Below, piece by piece: positions 36,739 to 46,154 of a stretch of 57,799 nucleotides of DNA (within the stretch, counting starts at the first letter, position 1; the number at the start of each line of letters is the position of its first letter). The stretch comes from Bacteroidia bacterium. GTDB taxonomy: Bacteria; Bacteroidota; Bacteroidia; 2-12-FULL-35-15. The notes below the pieces were generated by a model. That model had not been told where the DNA came from. It worked only from the letters and a program-made list of their open reading frames with translations, and did no database searches. A program made the translations under genes and the position numbers. The stretch is from positions 1-57,799 of the forward strand of contig JBASCV010000259.1 in NCBI GenBank assembly GCA_049651825.1, given 5' to 3'.

Positions 36739-39153
36739 ATGTGGTCATTACTGGCTCGAAATATACTGCGTAACCGCACTGCTTATCTTGTTGTATTAAT
36801 AGTATTAACAGCTATTTTAGGTTTTTTTGCAACCAAAATTGAGTTGTCGTACGATTTTGCTAAAATACTTCCTTCTGATGATAAAGCCGAAATTGTTTAT
36901 ACTGATTTCAAGAAAATTTTTGGTGAAGATGGAGCCGTAATGGTTATTGGCTACAAGTCGGATAATATTTTTGATTTTAAAACATTTAACAATTGGGCTT
37001 CACTTTCGGATAGCATCAAAAAAATTAATGGGATTCAAAATATTTTATCTATTGATAAGGCATACGGACTTAAACGTAATGATAGCTTACAAAAGTTTGA
37101 TTATTTCCCAATCGTCACTTCCACCTTGCAAAATGAGGCCGAGTTGGATAGTATAAAGGCGCAAATTATGTCGTATCCTTTTTACAAAGGATTACTCTAT
37201 AACGATTCGCTTACAACCACATTGATGGCGGTTACTTTTGATAAAAAGGACTTAAACTCAAAAAATCGTTTAAACATTGTAAAACACATAAAAGAGCTGG
37301 GTGATGCTTTTGCTGCTCAAAATAAGGTGGAGATTCATTATTCGGGATTGCCTTATATTCGTAGCGAGTATATGCGTAATGTACAAGGAGAATTGAGTTT
37401 ATTTATGGCCTTGGCATTTTTAGTAACAATTGTTACTCTTTGGATATTTTTCCGTTCCTTCAAAGTAGTTTTTTGGTCCTTAGTAGTTTGTATTATCGGT
37501 GTTATTTGGTCGTTGGGCACTTTATATTTGTTTGGGTACAAAATCACAATTCTTACAGGATTAATTCCACCACTGATTATAATAATAGGTATTCCTAATT
37601 GTATTTTTCTTATTACTAAATATCAGGAAGAGTTACGTATTCATGGAAATAAAATAAGAGCCTTAACACGCACCATCGAAAAGGTTGGATTATCAAACTT
37701 TTTGGCAAATGTTACAACATCAATTGGCTTTTTTGTTTTTTATTTTACTAATAGCGAATTATTGATGCAGTTTGGTATTGTAGCAGGTGTAAATGTTTTG
37801 CTAACCAATATTGTAGCTTTAATATTTATTCCAATCATATTCAGTTATTTAAAAGCTCCTTCGGTAAAGCAAACAAAGCATTTAGATGGCAAGCGTATCA
37901 ATATAGTGTTAGATAAAATTGATTATTTGGTTCATTATAAGCGTACTGCAATATATATTACAATTACAGCCATTACGCTTATTGGCGTATGGGGGCTTAC
38001 CATGGTTAAGCCAATTGGATACGTTGTTGACGATTTGCCTAAAAACGATCCTGTTATTGAACATTTACGTTTCTTCGAAAAACATTTCAATGGCGTTTTG
38101 CCATTTGAGTATTATATTGATACAAAAAAAGAAAACGGAGTTTTTGCTGACAATGCAAAAACCCTGTATAAAATAAAAGCACTTGAAAAAATGATGAGTA
38201 ACTATGAGGAGTTTACTCATCCTGTATCCACTTTGGAATTTGTAAAATTTGCTTATCAGGCTTATAAAGATGGTAAACCCAAATACTTTACCTTGCCTGG
38301 TATTATGGAGTTGCAAAAGCTAACAGAATATACCACTTCATTAGGTGAGGGCAACGAGCGCTTTAAGGCATTTATAGATACAACGCGTCAACGAACCAGA
38401 GTTAGTTATCAAATGAAGGATATTGGCTCAGCAGAAATGAAACGTTTGTTAGCAGAAATACAGCCCAAGGTTGATTCTATTTTTAACAAGGATGAATATA
38501 ATGTGGAAATAACAGGCCACAGTATGCGCTTTTTAAAGGGGAATGATTATTTGTTTCACCACTTGTTCATCAGTTTGGGTATTGAAATTTTTGTGATACT
38601 GATTTTAGGAATTGTACTTTTTCGTTCTATTCCAATTATTGTCCTGTCAAAATTACCATGCTTAATACCTTTGGTAATTACTGCAGGTATTATGGGCTTT
38701 ATGAATATTTATATAAAACCTACAACTATATTGGTGTTTAGTATTGCTTTTGGTATAGCATCGGATGGTACTATTTATATTCTTGCTGAATATCGAAATC
38801 AATTGAAACGTAAAAAGATGGGAGATAATATTGCTAGTGCTGTATCAGCTACCATAAAAGGTACAGGTTTAAGCATGGTTTACACCAACATTGTTTTGTT
38901 TTTCGGATTTTCAATATTTGCAGCGTCAAATTTTGGAGGTACAGTTGCGTTAGGTATATTAATTTCTGTAACACTATTAGTATCATTAATTACCAACTTA
39001 CTGTTAATGCCATCTATATTACTTTCTCTTGAAAAGCGCTTGATTACCAAAGAGTTTATGGAAGAGCCAATGCTTGAAATTTTTGAAGAGTCGAACGAAA
39101 CAACCGATACTACTACCGTTACTCCTGTAGAAAAAGTGGAGTCGAACAAATAA
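36739..39153 (+). CDS. MMPL/RND-superfamily membrane transporter
   Basis: 804 aa with two clusters of about 6 TM helices, each preceded by a soluble loop domain, as in MMPL/HpnN-like exporters. Confidence 0.75.
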   Translation: MWSLLARNILRNRTAYLVVLIVLTAILGFFATKIELSYDFAKILPSDDKAEIVYTDFKKIFGEDGAVMVIGYKSDNIFDFKTFNNWASLSDSIKKINGIQNILSIDKAYGLKRNDSLQKFDYFPIVTSTLQNEAELDSIKAQIMSYPFYKGLLYNDSLTTTLMAVTFDKKDLNSKNRLNIVKHIKELGDAFAAQNKVEIHYSGLPYIRSEYMRNVQGELSLFMALAFLVTIVTLWIFFRSFKVVFWSLVVCIIGVIWSLGTLYLFGYKITILTGLIPPLIIIIGIPNCIFLITKYQEELRIHGNKIRALTRTIEKVGLSNFLANVTTSIGFFVFYFTNSELLMQFGIVAGVNVLLTNIVALIFIPIIFSYLKAPSVKQTKHLDGKRINIVLDKIDYLVHYKRTAIYITITAITLIGVWGLTMVKPIGYVVDDLPKNDPVIEHLRFFEKHFNGVLPFEYYIDTKKENGVFADNAKTLYKIKALEKMMSNYEEFTHPVSTLEFVKFAYQAYKDGKPKYFTLPGIMELQKLTEYTTSLGEGNERFKAFIDTTRQRTRVSYQMKDIGSAEMKRLLAEIQPKVDSIFNKDEYNVEITGHSMRFLKGNDYLFHHLFISLGIEIFVILILGIVLFRSIPIIVLSKLPCLIPLVITAGIMGFMNIYIKPTTILVFSIAFGIASDGTIYILAEYRNQLKRKKMGDNIASAVSATIKGTGLSMVYTNIVLFFGFSIFAASNFGGTVALGILISVTLLVSLITNLLLMPSILLSLEKRLITKEFMEEPMLEIFEESNETTDTTTVTPVEKVESNK

Positions 39154-39205
39154 ACATATTTATATATTAGGGCTGTAATAGCGTCAATCCTTTAATTATT
39201 TCTAA

Positions 39206-39882
39206 ATGAGCTTCCTTAAAACAATTGCCCTGTTTTTATTGCCTCTAACTTCTTTGGCACAATATAATGCAACAGGAACTTATTTAGCATTTATGTATGC
39301 TGGTGGTAACCTTCAAGCAACAGAAGTGTTTTTAGACGGGCCATCAGCAAATACTGTTTATGCAAATACAACTGCAGGTTATAAGTCAGGAGTATTTAAA
39401 GGGCAGTTTGTTAGTAGAGGAGAAAAAAAGGTTAATCTAGGAGGATATTTTGGATTTAATTTGGGTGGTGGAACACAAAAATACCATATCGACCAAGTTA
39501 ATAGCTCTTATGATATGCCACAGGAAGGCTTTCAAGTTTTGGAACGCTGAAAGCTGGGCCACAATTAACTTTTGTATTAAAGGAGAATGAATTGTTTTTG
39601 GGGCTTCGGAATTTTTATTGGTGGAATTTAGATGATGGTTTAAGAAACATGTATAATTTCGGTAGTAAAAATGATGACGGTGGAGCTATTGGCATATTTG
39701 GAGGCTATAAAAATTTAGGATTCGATTTTAGTTATGCTCCTGAAAAGCTCTCTTTTATTCGTAAGCGCAATATGTTTAATTATGGTCAATTGGAGTTGAG
39801 TTACAATGTTTTGTTTGGCAACAATGGTTATTCTTTGCTTTTAGGAACAAGATATGAGTTTAATAAAATAAAAGACATTTAA
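39206..39882 (+). pseudogene. small outer-membrane beta-barrel-like gene interrupted by a 1-nt frameshift
   Basis: ORF 39206-39550 has a signal peptide (MSFLKTIALFLLPLTSLAQ). The frame of ORF 39592-39882 is already open from 39514, so the two overlap. Adding one T to the T4 run at 39537-39540 gives a continuous ...PQEGFQVFGTLKAGPQLTFVLKENELFLGL... Confidence 0.5.
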
Positions 39883-40007
39883 GGTAGTGTGTTGTTTAAT
39901 TCGTTTTTAAACATAACAACTCTTGCAAATGGTAATGCAAATTTGTTTTCTTTTTTGTTGGGCTAGGTCTTTCGAAAAAGAAATAATGTTTATTGCTGCA
40001 AATAATG

Positions 40008-40439
40008 TTATTTGATTGCTTTTATAAACAGCTCAGTGCTATCTATTCGGTTTAGTTTTAATGAATTGTTTTTGTATTCCTCTATTTTAAAGCGGTTTTT
40101 CATGAGTGTTGTAAATTTTGAACCCGCTTTAATTCTAGTTATCACAAACTCTTCGCCTTTTAAATCATAGGAAAATGTATCTCTGGTGTCGGTTAGTGCT
40201 TGGTCGGCATAGTCTGTTACAAGCACTCCCTGCATGGTGCGAACATAGGCGTTTTTATATTTGCTGAACTCAAGGGACATTTTTTCTTGTGAAAAATCTG
40301 TTTTAGTAACACCATTGGCTCTGTTGTATTCTGTAATGTTCCAAACCCCTTCAAGCTCTTTGTTTATTTTGTTTTCTTTTTTACAATTTGTAAAAAGAAA
40401 CAATAGTGATAGAATAGAAATATACTTGTATGAATTCAT
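40008..40439 (-). CDS. lipocalin-like domain lipoprotein
   Basis: Lipoprotein signal MNSYKYISILSLLFLFTNC from the ATG at 40439. The EGVWNITEY block is typical of lipocalin-like domains. The gene starts 11 nt after the TonB-dependent receptor stop. Confidence 0.55.
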   Translation of the reverse strand: MNSYKYISILSLLFLFTNCKKENKINKELEGVWNITEYNRANGVTKTDFSQEKMSLEFSKYKNAYVRTMQGVLVTDYADQALTDTRDTFSYDLKGEEFVITRIKAGSKFTTLMKNRFKIEEYKNNSLKLNRIDSTELFIKAIK

Positions 40440-40450
40440 ATTAAGTGTGT

Positions 40451-43162
40451 TTAAAAAGTTCCTACTAATGATAGCTGCCATCTGCGTCCCATACCAACAT
40501 TAACGGTTGCTGCTGCTGCATTGAAATCATTGTTTACTTGATTGTTTTGTGCATCCGAAATGTAGAATGTGTCTAAGGCGTTAATTAAAGAGCCTCTTAC
40601 ATCTAATTTTATTTTCCAAACATTCATGCTATAACCTGCGTTCAAATCCAATAGAAAGTAATCAGGCATTCTCCACGATTGGCGACCAATGTTTGGTCCA
40701 TAATTAGTTGCATTGTTTGTAATTACAAGTGCATCCGGACTGAAATTAGAGTAGTTTTTACCAAAATAATTAAATTGTGGTTTAATGTATAGTTTTTTAA
40801 TAGGCTCGTATCTAATGCTTGCTGCGTATGTGTTTTGAGCAGCATCGCCTACTTTTACTCCACTTGGATCAAACTTTTGTTCACCAATTACAACTCCATT
40901 GTCGTCTGTTATTGTTGCTGTTGCTACCGACATCCATTCCCAATCAGCAATGTTTATCATCCCTTCAACACTTATTTTTGATGAAATTCTGTAAATGCCA
41001 TCAAACTCTATTCCCATATGACGAGCATTCATTCCTGTAGCTGTAGTACTTACAGCCTCTCCATTTACAGTAAAGCTTGCTGTTGTTGGTCTATTGTTCC
41101 ACAAGGTATAATATCCATTTACATTTGCGGTGAAATTGGAGCTAGAGTAGCTGTAGCCTAATTCAATGGAATTAATAACTTCATTATTTACTTTGTTAAA
41201 CTCTTTATTATCAGTTCTGAAAACAAATGTGATAAACGGAGCTCTATTTAAGTGTCCTACATTTAAAAACACATTCATGTGTTCTGTTAAATTGTAATTA
41301 GCGCCAGCTTTAATTGTATACCCAAACAATCGTTTCCATTCAGTTTGATTTACTTTTAACCCTTCAGAGCTTCTATCGTAGGTAGTGCCGTTGTATGTAA
41401 TTACATCATTATATCCAATTAATAAAGTTGTATCGCCCACTTCAAGTTGTTTTTTCAAAAAATGATTTTGTTGTTTGTACCAGCTCATTGCAGAGCTTAT
41501 ATTTACAAAGCCCGACCATTTTTCTTTTTTATATTCAGCCATTGCAAAAGCACCGGTCCAACGCACAAATCGTTCTATATTTTGAACATACTTATCTCCA
41601 ACAACTTTGTTTGCTGCAGGAGAATTTTGGTCTGCGTTACCTGCATTTTTAGTAACATCGCCACCCAATAAATCTCCAACTGTACTATATACAAAGCCTC
41701 TGTATAACCTGCCATCCAAGCCTCCTGAAAGAGTAATGCTTGGTTTTAATGTGTAATTTAATGTTGCTAATGCTCCATACCAATTGTGGTCGTTATGGTT
41801 TTTGCGTACCCAGGTGCTTGAAAATTGTTCTCCTGATGGCAGTACCTGATTAGCAGAAGTATTGTTATTATATATTGTTTGAATGCTCTGTTGACCTGTT
41901 GTTGGATCTATTGTGTTTCCTGCACTTCCACCATCCAATTGTGTGCCATAACCTCGTCCGTATGAAGCATAAGCAATGGTTGATATATTCAGTTTTTCAT
42001 TTACTGCAATAAAATCTTTTAATGAAAAAACTGGTTTATGAAAATGGTTAATACTCGTATTAAATGTTTCTGGAGTAGTTTGTCCTTCTTTTGTACGGGT
42101 TAAAAAATTCCAACTCGGATTGTATCGTCTGCCATATTCTCTTTTTCCTGTTGTATCTATACCTAAACTATAAGCAAAATCTTTGCTATATGCCGCTACA
42201 CCGTAGTTTACTCTAAAGTCGCGTTGTGCCGATGTTTGAGGCGCTCCAAGTACTTGAAGTCCTAACAAGTGAGAACCAATTCTTTTTTCTACTTTCCCAT
42301 AATAAAACCACATGCGACTATGCATGTTATCAAACCAGCCATCATTACGTTTGTAAGACCCTGCAAAATTAAACGCCCATCCATTTTCTAATCGGCCTGA
42401 AGAGTAGCTTAAACCAATACGGTAATTTCTGTTATTCCCGTATTCATTTTTTAAAACCAAGGCTTTTTTAGAATCGATGCCAGCTGTTAAAATGTTCATC
42501 GTACCACCAATAGCAGGTATTGCAAGCTTAGATGCTCCCAAGCCTCGTTGTACTTGAACTCCACGTGTTAAATTATCTAAACCAAACCAATTGCTCCAAA
42601 ACACACGTCCATTAACCATATCGTTCATTGGAATTCCATCTAATAATACCAATACGTTTTGTGAATTAAAACCTCTTATGCTCACCCTTGCATCTCCATC
42701 TCCACCACCTTGGCTTGTTGCATATACACCTGGAGTAGAGTTTAAAATCAATGGCAAATCTTTAGAACCAAGCTCTTCCTGAATTTTTTTTGCATCAACA
42801 TTCGAAAATGCTACTGGCGTTTCTCGCGAAATTGCAATATCTGAAACCACCTCAACTTCTGTTAGTGTTATGGTTGTAAGCGAAAAGTTTAAAACCATTG
42901 CTTTTCCTTTTGCTACAATTTTTTTTTCTACTGGCTTGTAGCCAATATAAGATACTTTTAATGTATAACTTCCGCTATCTACAGTAAATGTGTAGGCGCC
43001 ATCCAAGTCAGTTGTTGTTCCTTTCCCATCTGCATAAGTAATAATAGCACCAATTATAGATTCATTAGTTAATGCATCGGTAATAACACCTTGTATTTTT
43101 GTTTTTTGTGAAAATCCTTTGTAGCAAACAAAAAGAAGTAGAAATGATAATAAAAAACGCAT
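40451..43162 (-). CDS. TonB-dependent receptor with an N-terminal carboxypeptidase-regulatory-like domain
   Basis: 903 aa. Signal peptide, then IQGVITDALTNESIIGAII (CarboxypepD_reg-like), a plug region (NILTAG.., RGFNSQNVLVLLDGIPMND), a long beta-barrel and a terminal F. Confidence 0.85.
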   Translation of the reverse strand: MRFLLSFLLLFVCYKGFSQKTKIQGVITDALTNESIIGAIITYADGKGTTTDLDGAYTFTVDSGSYTLKVSYIGYKPVEKKIVAKGKAMVLNFSLTTITLTEVEVVSDIAISRETPVAFSNVDAKKIQEELGSKDLPLILNSTPGVYATSQGGGDGDARVSIRGFNSQNVLVLLDGIPMNDMVNGRVFWSNWFGLDNLTRGVQVQRGLGASKLAIPAIGGTMNILTAGIDSKKALVLKNEYGNNRNYRIGLSYSSGRLENGWAFNFAGSYKRNDGWFDNMHSRMWFYYGKVEKRIGSHLLGLQVLGAPQTSAQRDFRVNYGVAAYSKDFAYSLGIDTTGKREYGRRYNPSWNFLTRTKEGQTTPETFNTSINHFHKPVFSLKDFIAVNEKLNISTIAYASYGRGYGTQLDGGSAGNTIDPTTGQQSIQTIYNNNTSANQVLPSGEQFSSTWVRKNHNDHNWYGALATLNYTLKPSITLSGGLDGRLYRGFVYSTVGDLLGGDVTKNAGNADQNSPAANKVVGDKYVQNIERFVRWTGAFAMAEYKKEKWSGFVNISSAMSWYKQQNHFLKKQLEVGDTTLLIGYNDVITYNGTTYDRSSEGLKVNQTEWKRLFGYTIKAGANYNLTEHMNVFLNVGHLNRAPFITFVFRTDNKEFNKVNNEVINSIELGYSYSSSNFTANVNGYYTLWNNRPTTASFTVNGEAVSTTATGMNARHMGIEFDGIYRISSKISVEGMINIADWEWMSVATATITDDNGVVIGEQKFDPSGVKVGDAAQNTYAASIRYEPIKKLYIKPQFNYFGKNYSNFSPDALVITNNATNYGPNIGRQSWRMPDYFLLDLNAGYSMNVWKIKLDVRGSLINALDTFYISDAQNNQVNNDFNAAAATVNVGMGRRWQLSLVGTF

Positions 43163-43182
43163 GTGTAGTTTTCTTTAAATAA

Positions 43183-43212
43183 AAAATCCCACACTGATCA
43201 GTGTGGGATTTT
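43183..43212 (-). terminator. rho-independent terminator after the LTD gene
   Basis: A perfect 30-nt palindrome, aaaatcccacactga/tcagtgtgggatttt. On the minus strand a T-run follows it. Confidence 0.75.
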
Positions 43213-43224
43213 GGTTTGTGTTAA

Positions 43225-44241
43225 CTATTTAATTATCACTTTATTGATTGATTTGTTGTTTTTGTCATCAAAAACAACAATTGTATAAATACCTTTAGCT
43301 AAAGCTGTAATATCTAGCGCTGTGCCAGCTAAATTACTTTTAGAAACAAATGACTTTATTTCTTGACCCACTAAATTGTAGAATACTGCTTTAGAAATTA
43401 CTGTACTCGATTGTATTTTTACAAACTCTGATGAAGGATTTGGGAAAATAGAAAATGCAAATGAATTATTTGCATCATTGATTCCATTTGTAAAGCAATC
43501 GCAAGTGTGTGTGCCTAAACCTGTAAAAGTGTTTACTGGTAACGAATCCCACTGAACTGAAGCATTGAACGATTCAAATGCTGGGTTTGTTGTTACACCA
43601 GATGTAATAGATGGTTTACGTTTTAAGGTTTTATCTTGAGACCAATATTGTTTGTAGTATGGTCCGCTTACGTTCGCATCATAACCAACTGGCATGCTTG
43701 AATAAGGAGCCAAAATTGTCCACCCACCTGTAGGAGAGAATGTGCCACTTGAGTTTGCTGGTCTTTCTCCTATACAAGCAAAAATATCTATTTTAGTCCA
43801 AGTTCCATTTACATTTTTTTCCAATGATAACGCATCATCTCCATTAAAGCACATTACACGGCTTTGACCTGTGCTTCCGCAACCAGGACATAACAATGTG
43901 TCTGCAACTGCTTGTAAATTTACATCAATTGGTGCACTTTGGCCCGTTCCATTAGGGTCTGTTAAGTTCAATGCAATTACATAAGCTTGGTAGGGTGCAA
44001 GTGTAATGTTTGTAGGCAATTGCATCTCACCTTCAACTGCCGTAAAAGTAGGATTTCCATTATCATGTCTTAAAATACGGTAGTTTGCAAGGCTAATTGG
44101 TGAAGAAGATGCGTTGTAAATTTCTAATGCTTTGTTGTTGTTTGTTCCTTCAACGTATTCAGAAATAATCAAGTCATTGCATTGTGCTTGCACTGCAACG
44201 TAAGATGATAAGGCAATTACAGATAGTAAAATTTTTTTCAT
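43225..44241 (-). CDS. lamin-tail-domain (LTD) protein with a T9SS type-A C-terminal sorting domain
   Basis: Signal peptide MKKILLSVIALSSYVAVQAQ from the ATG at 44241, then LIISEYVEGTNNNKALEIYNASSSPISLANYRI (LTD-like). The C-terminus FPNPSSEFVKIQ...GIYTIVVFDDKNNKSINKVIIK is Por_Secre_tail-like. Confidence 0.7.
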   Translation of the reverse strand: MKKILLSVIALSSYVAVQAQCNDLIISEYVEGTNNNKALEIYNASSSPISLANYRILRHDNGNPTFTAVEGEMQLPTNITLAPYQAYVIALNLTDPNGTGQSAPIDVNLQAVADTLLCPGCGSTGQSRVMCFNGDDALSLEKNVNGTWTKIDIFACIGERPANSSGTFSPTGGWTILAPYSSMPVGYDANVSGPYYKQYWSQDKTLKRKPSITSGVTTNPAFESFNASVQWDSLPVNTFTGLGTHTCDCFTNGINDANNSFAFSIFPNPSSEFVKIQSSTVISKAVFYNLVGQEIKSFVSKSNLAGTALDITALAKGIYTIVVFDDKNNKSINKVIIK

Positions 44242-44476
44242 TGGTTTTGAGGTATAAAAATTAGTGATTAAAAATGTGCTTTTTATTGTTTTAATTTTCG
44301 CTTGCAAAGGTACTTACTATTTTTTGTATGGCAATAATGAGTTTTGAAGAAATAATGAACAGGTAATGAAATGATAACAAATTAATAATGAACGACTTGT
44401 GTTTGATTGTTGGGATTCAAATTAACACCTTCATCATCAAATGGTTTTTTTGAAGAGCTCGTAGGGATTTTAATAT

Positions 44477-44860
44477 CTAAAGTCCGTTTCTTACAATAAT
44501 TAGTTGTTCTTTAATTTTTAATAATTTACTCACAACTTGTTCGTTGTTTTTTCTTTCGCTTTTAAAACTAACTTTTACCTCTTTTTTATTGCCTTTCAAA
44601 TACTTTTTAGCACCTTCTAATGTTAATCCTTGCGTTTTTACAAGGTTGTATATGCTTTTGATCTTAGCAATATCATCGGCTGTATATAGTCTATTGCCTT
44701 TGCTGTTTTTTTTTGGCTGTAATATCTCAAATTCTTTTTCCCAAAAACGTATGAGTGATGTGTTTACATCAAACATCTCGGCTACTTCGCCAATAGAATA
44801 GTATAATTTGGCAGTATTGTTTTCTTTGTGTGGCAAAATAGTAAGTTTATTTGCGTTCAA
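44477..44860 (-). CDS. MerR family transcriptional regulator
   Basis: YYSIGEVAEMFDVNTSLIRFWEKEF....KKNSKGNRLYTADDI is a MerR-type HTH. The gene overlaps the upstream gene by 14 nt. Confidence 0.8.
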   Translation of the reverse strand: MNANKLTILPHKENNTAKLYYSIGEVAEMFDVNTSLIRFWEKEFEILQPKKNSKGNRLYTADDIAKIKSIYNLVKTQGLTLEGAKKYLKGNKKEVKVSFKSERKNNEQVVSKLLKIKEQLIIVRNGL

Positions 44861-46124
44861 AATTACTTAAATCTGGTAAATATTCTTTTTTTCTTTTGTG
44901 CTCGTGCTTATAAATAGCTTGCCCTACTGCCGTAAAAAATGGAAAACCAATGGTTTTGTATTCATATTTGCCATCGTTTATAATTTCGTTTTCATTTACG
45001 TAAATTACTGCCGATAGCATAAATTCGATTCCTTTTTTAGGATTGATAATGTATGCACAATCGCTTAAATCGCCATAGGATTGACCAACAATATTAAATA
45101 TTCGTATGCTATCGTTTTCTATTTTTTTATGGTAGGTGCCGTACATTAAATATTTTTTGTAACTGTCTTCAAATTCTTTTGGGTTGTAGCTTGGATGTGT
45201 TGATTCTCTTGGATACATCGATAAATAATTGTACAAAAACGTGTAATCTTCTTCTTTTAAATCAAAACGTTTTTCTTTCTCTACCGATTCAGGAAATAGA
45301 AGTGTTTTTAAAATATCGTTGATATCTTGTAATGATAAATAATTCATCTGTGTATAATCTTTAGGCTCAGATATTAGTTTATTTTTTTTATCAATATAAG
45401 CTTTGCCTTTTTTTACAGTTCCGTATGGGTTTTTTAATTCAATTTTACTTATTTGCATAGGTTGCCTGTAAATAAGTTTATTGTTTGAATTATAAAACTC
45501 AATAGGGTTAGTGTATTTATTTTGTTCGGTATTGCAAGCGGCATCAAATCGGTGGGTGATGCGTGCGTTTGTATAACCTTTATTTACAAGTTGTTGGTAA
45601 ATATATTCTTGTCCTAAAAATTCATAAATTCTGCTGTAAGCATCATTGTCACTTACAAGCAACATGCGCTTGATATAATTCGCCACAGAGGGTTTCCCGT
45701 TTTCAGTTGTTGGATCGGCAATTGTTTTTTTTTGGCAACCAAATGCACTATCAGTAACCATTATTGAGTTTTTATCAAGTTCGGCAATGTTCAGTTTGTT
45801 TAGTTTCTCAAGTGCAAGTGCCGAACACGGCAGTTTTACAAGACTTGCTGCATAAAAATAATTTTGAGCATTTAATTGATAACTATACTGCTTAAATGAT
45901 GGGATATTGTTTTTATCTCTATTAATTTGGGTGTAAATAATTTGAACTTGATATTTTTTTTGATTCTCAAGTATGAATTTAAATTCGGGGGAGTAACTTT
46001 TTATTATGTTTTCAATTAACTTGTTTTCATTCTCTTGTGAGTTGCTTGTTTGGCAATACACTGAAGTGTTTTCAATCAATAAAAAAAGAAATGTTATTAT
46101 ATGAATAATTGATTTCACTGACAA
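44847..46124 (-). CDS. class A beta-lactamase-related serine hydrolase
   Basis: 425 aa with a signal peptide, an S-x-x-K motif (AASLVKLP) and an SDN motif (LLVSDNDAY). Confidence 0.65.
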   Translation of the reverse strand: MSVKSIIHIITFLFLLIENTSVYCQTSNSQENENKLIENIIKSYSPEFKFILENQKKYQVQIIYTQINRDKNNIPSFKQYSYQLNAQNYFYAASLVKLPCSALALEKLNKLNIAELDKNSIMVTDSAFGCQKKTIADPTTENGKPSVANYIKRMLLVSDNDAYSRIYEFLGQEYIYQQLVNKGYTNARITHRFDAACNTEQNKYTNPIEFYNSNNKLIYRQPMQISKIELKNPYGTVKKGKAYIDKKNKLISEPKDYTQMNYLSLQDINDILKTLLFPESVEKEKRFDLKEEDYTFLYNYLSMYPRESTHPSYNPKEFEDSYKKYLMYGTYHKKIENDSIRIFNIVGQSYGDLSDCAYIINPKKGIEFMLSAVIYVNENEIINDGKYEYKTIGFPFFTAVGQAIYKHEHKRKKEYLPDLSNFERK

Positions 46125-46154
46125 TTTTTTGATGCGTAAATTGTTTTAATAATT

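Noticed and set aside
39514-39550. Programmed ribosomal frameshifting to join the two halves of the beta-barrel gene.
   Set aside because: I saw no slippery heptamer or downstream structure. A simple 1-nt homopolymer indel (mutation or sequencing error) is the more economical explanation.
40440-40481. An apparent overlap of the lipocalin-like gene with the TonB-dependent receptor stop.
   Set aside because: The internal ATG at 40439 begins a proper lipoprotein signal peptide. The upstream extension (MAAIISRNFLNTLN) has no signal character.
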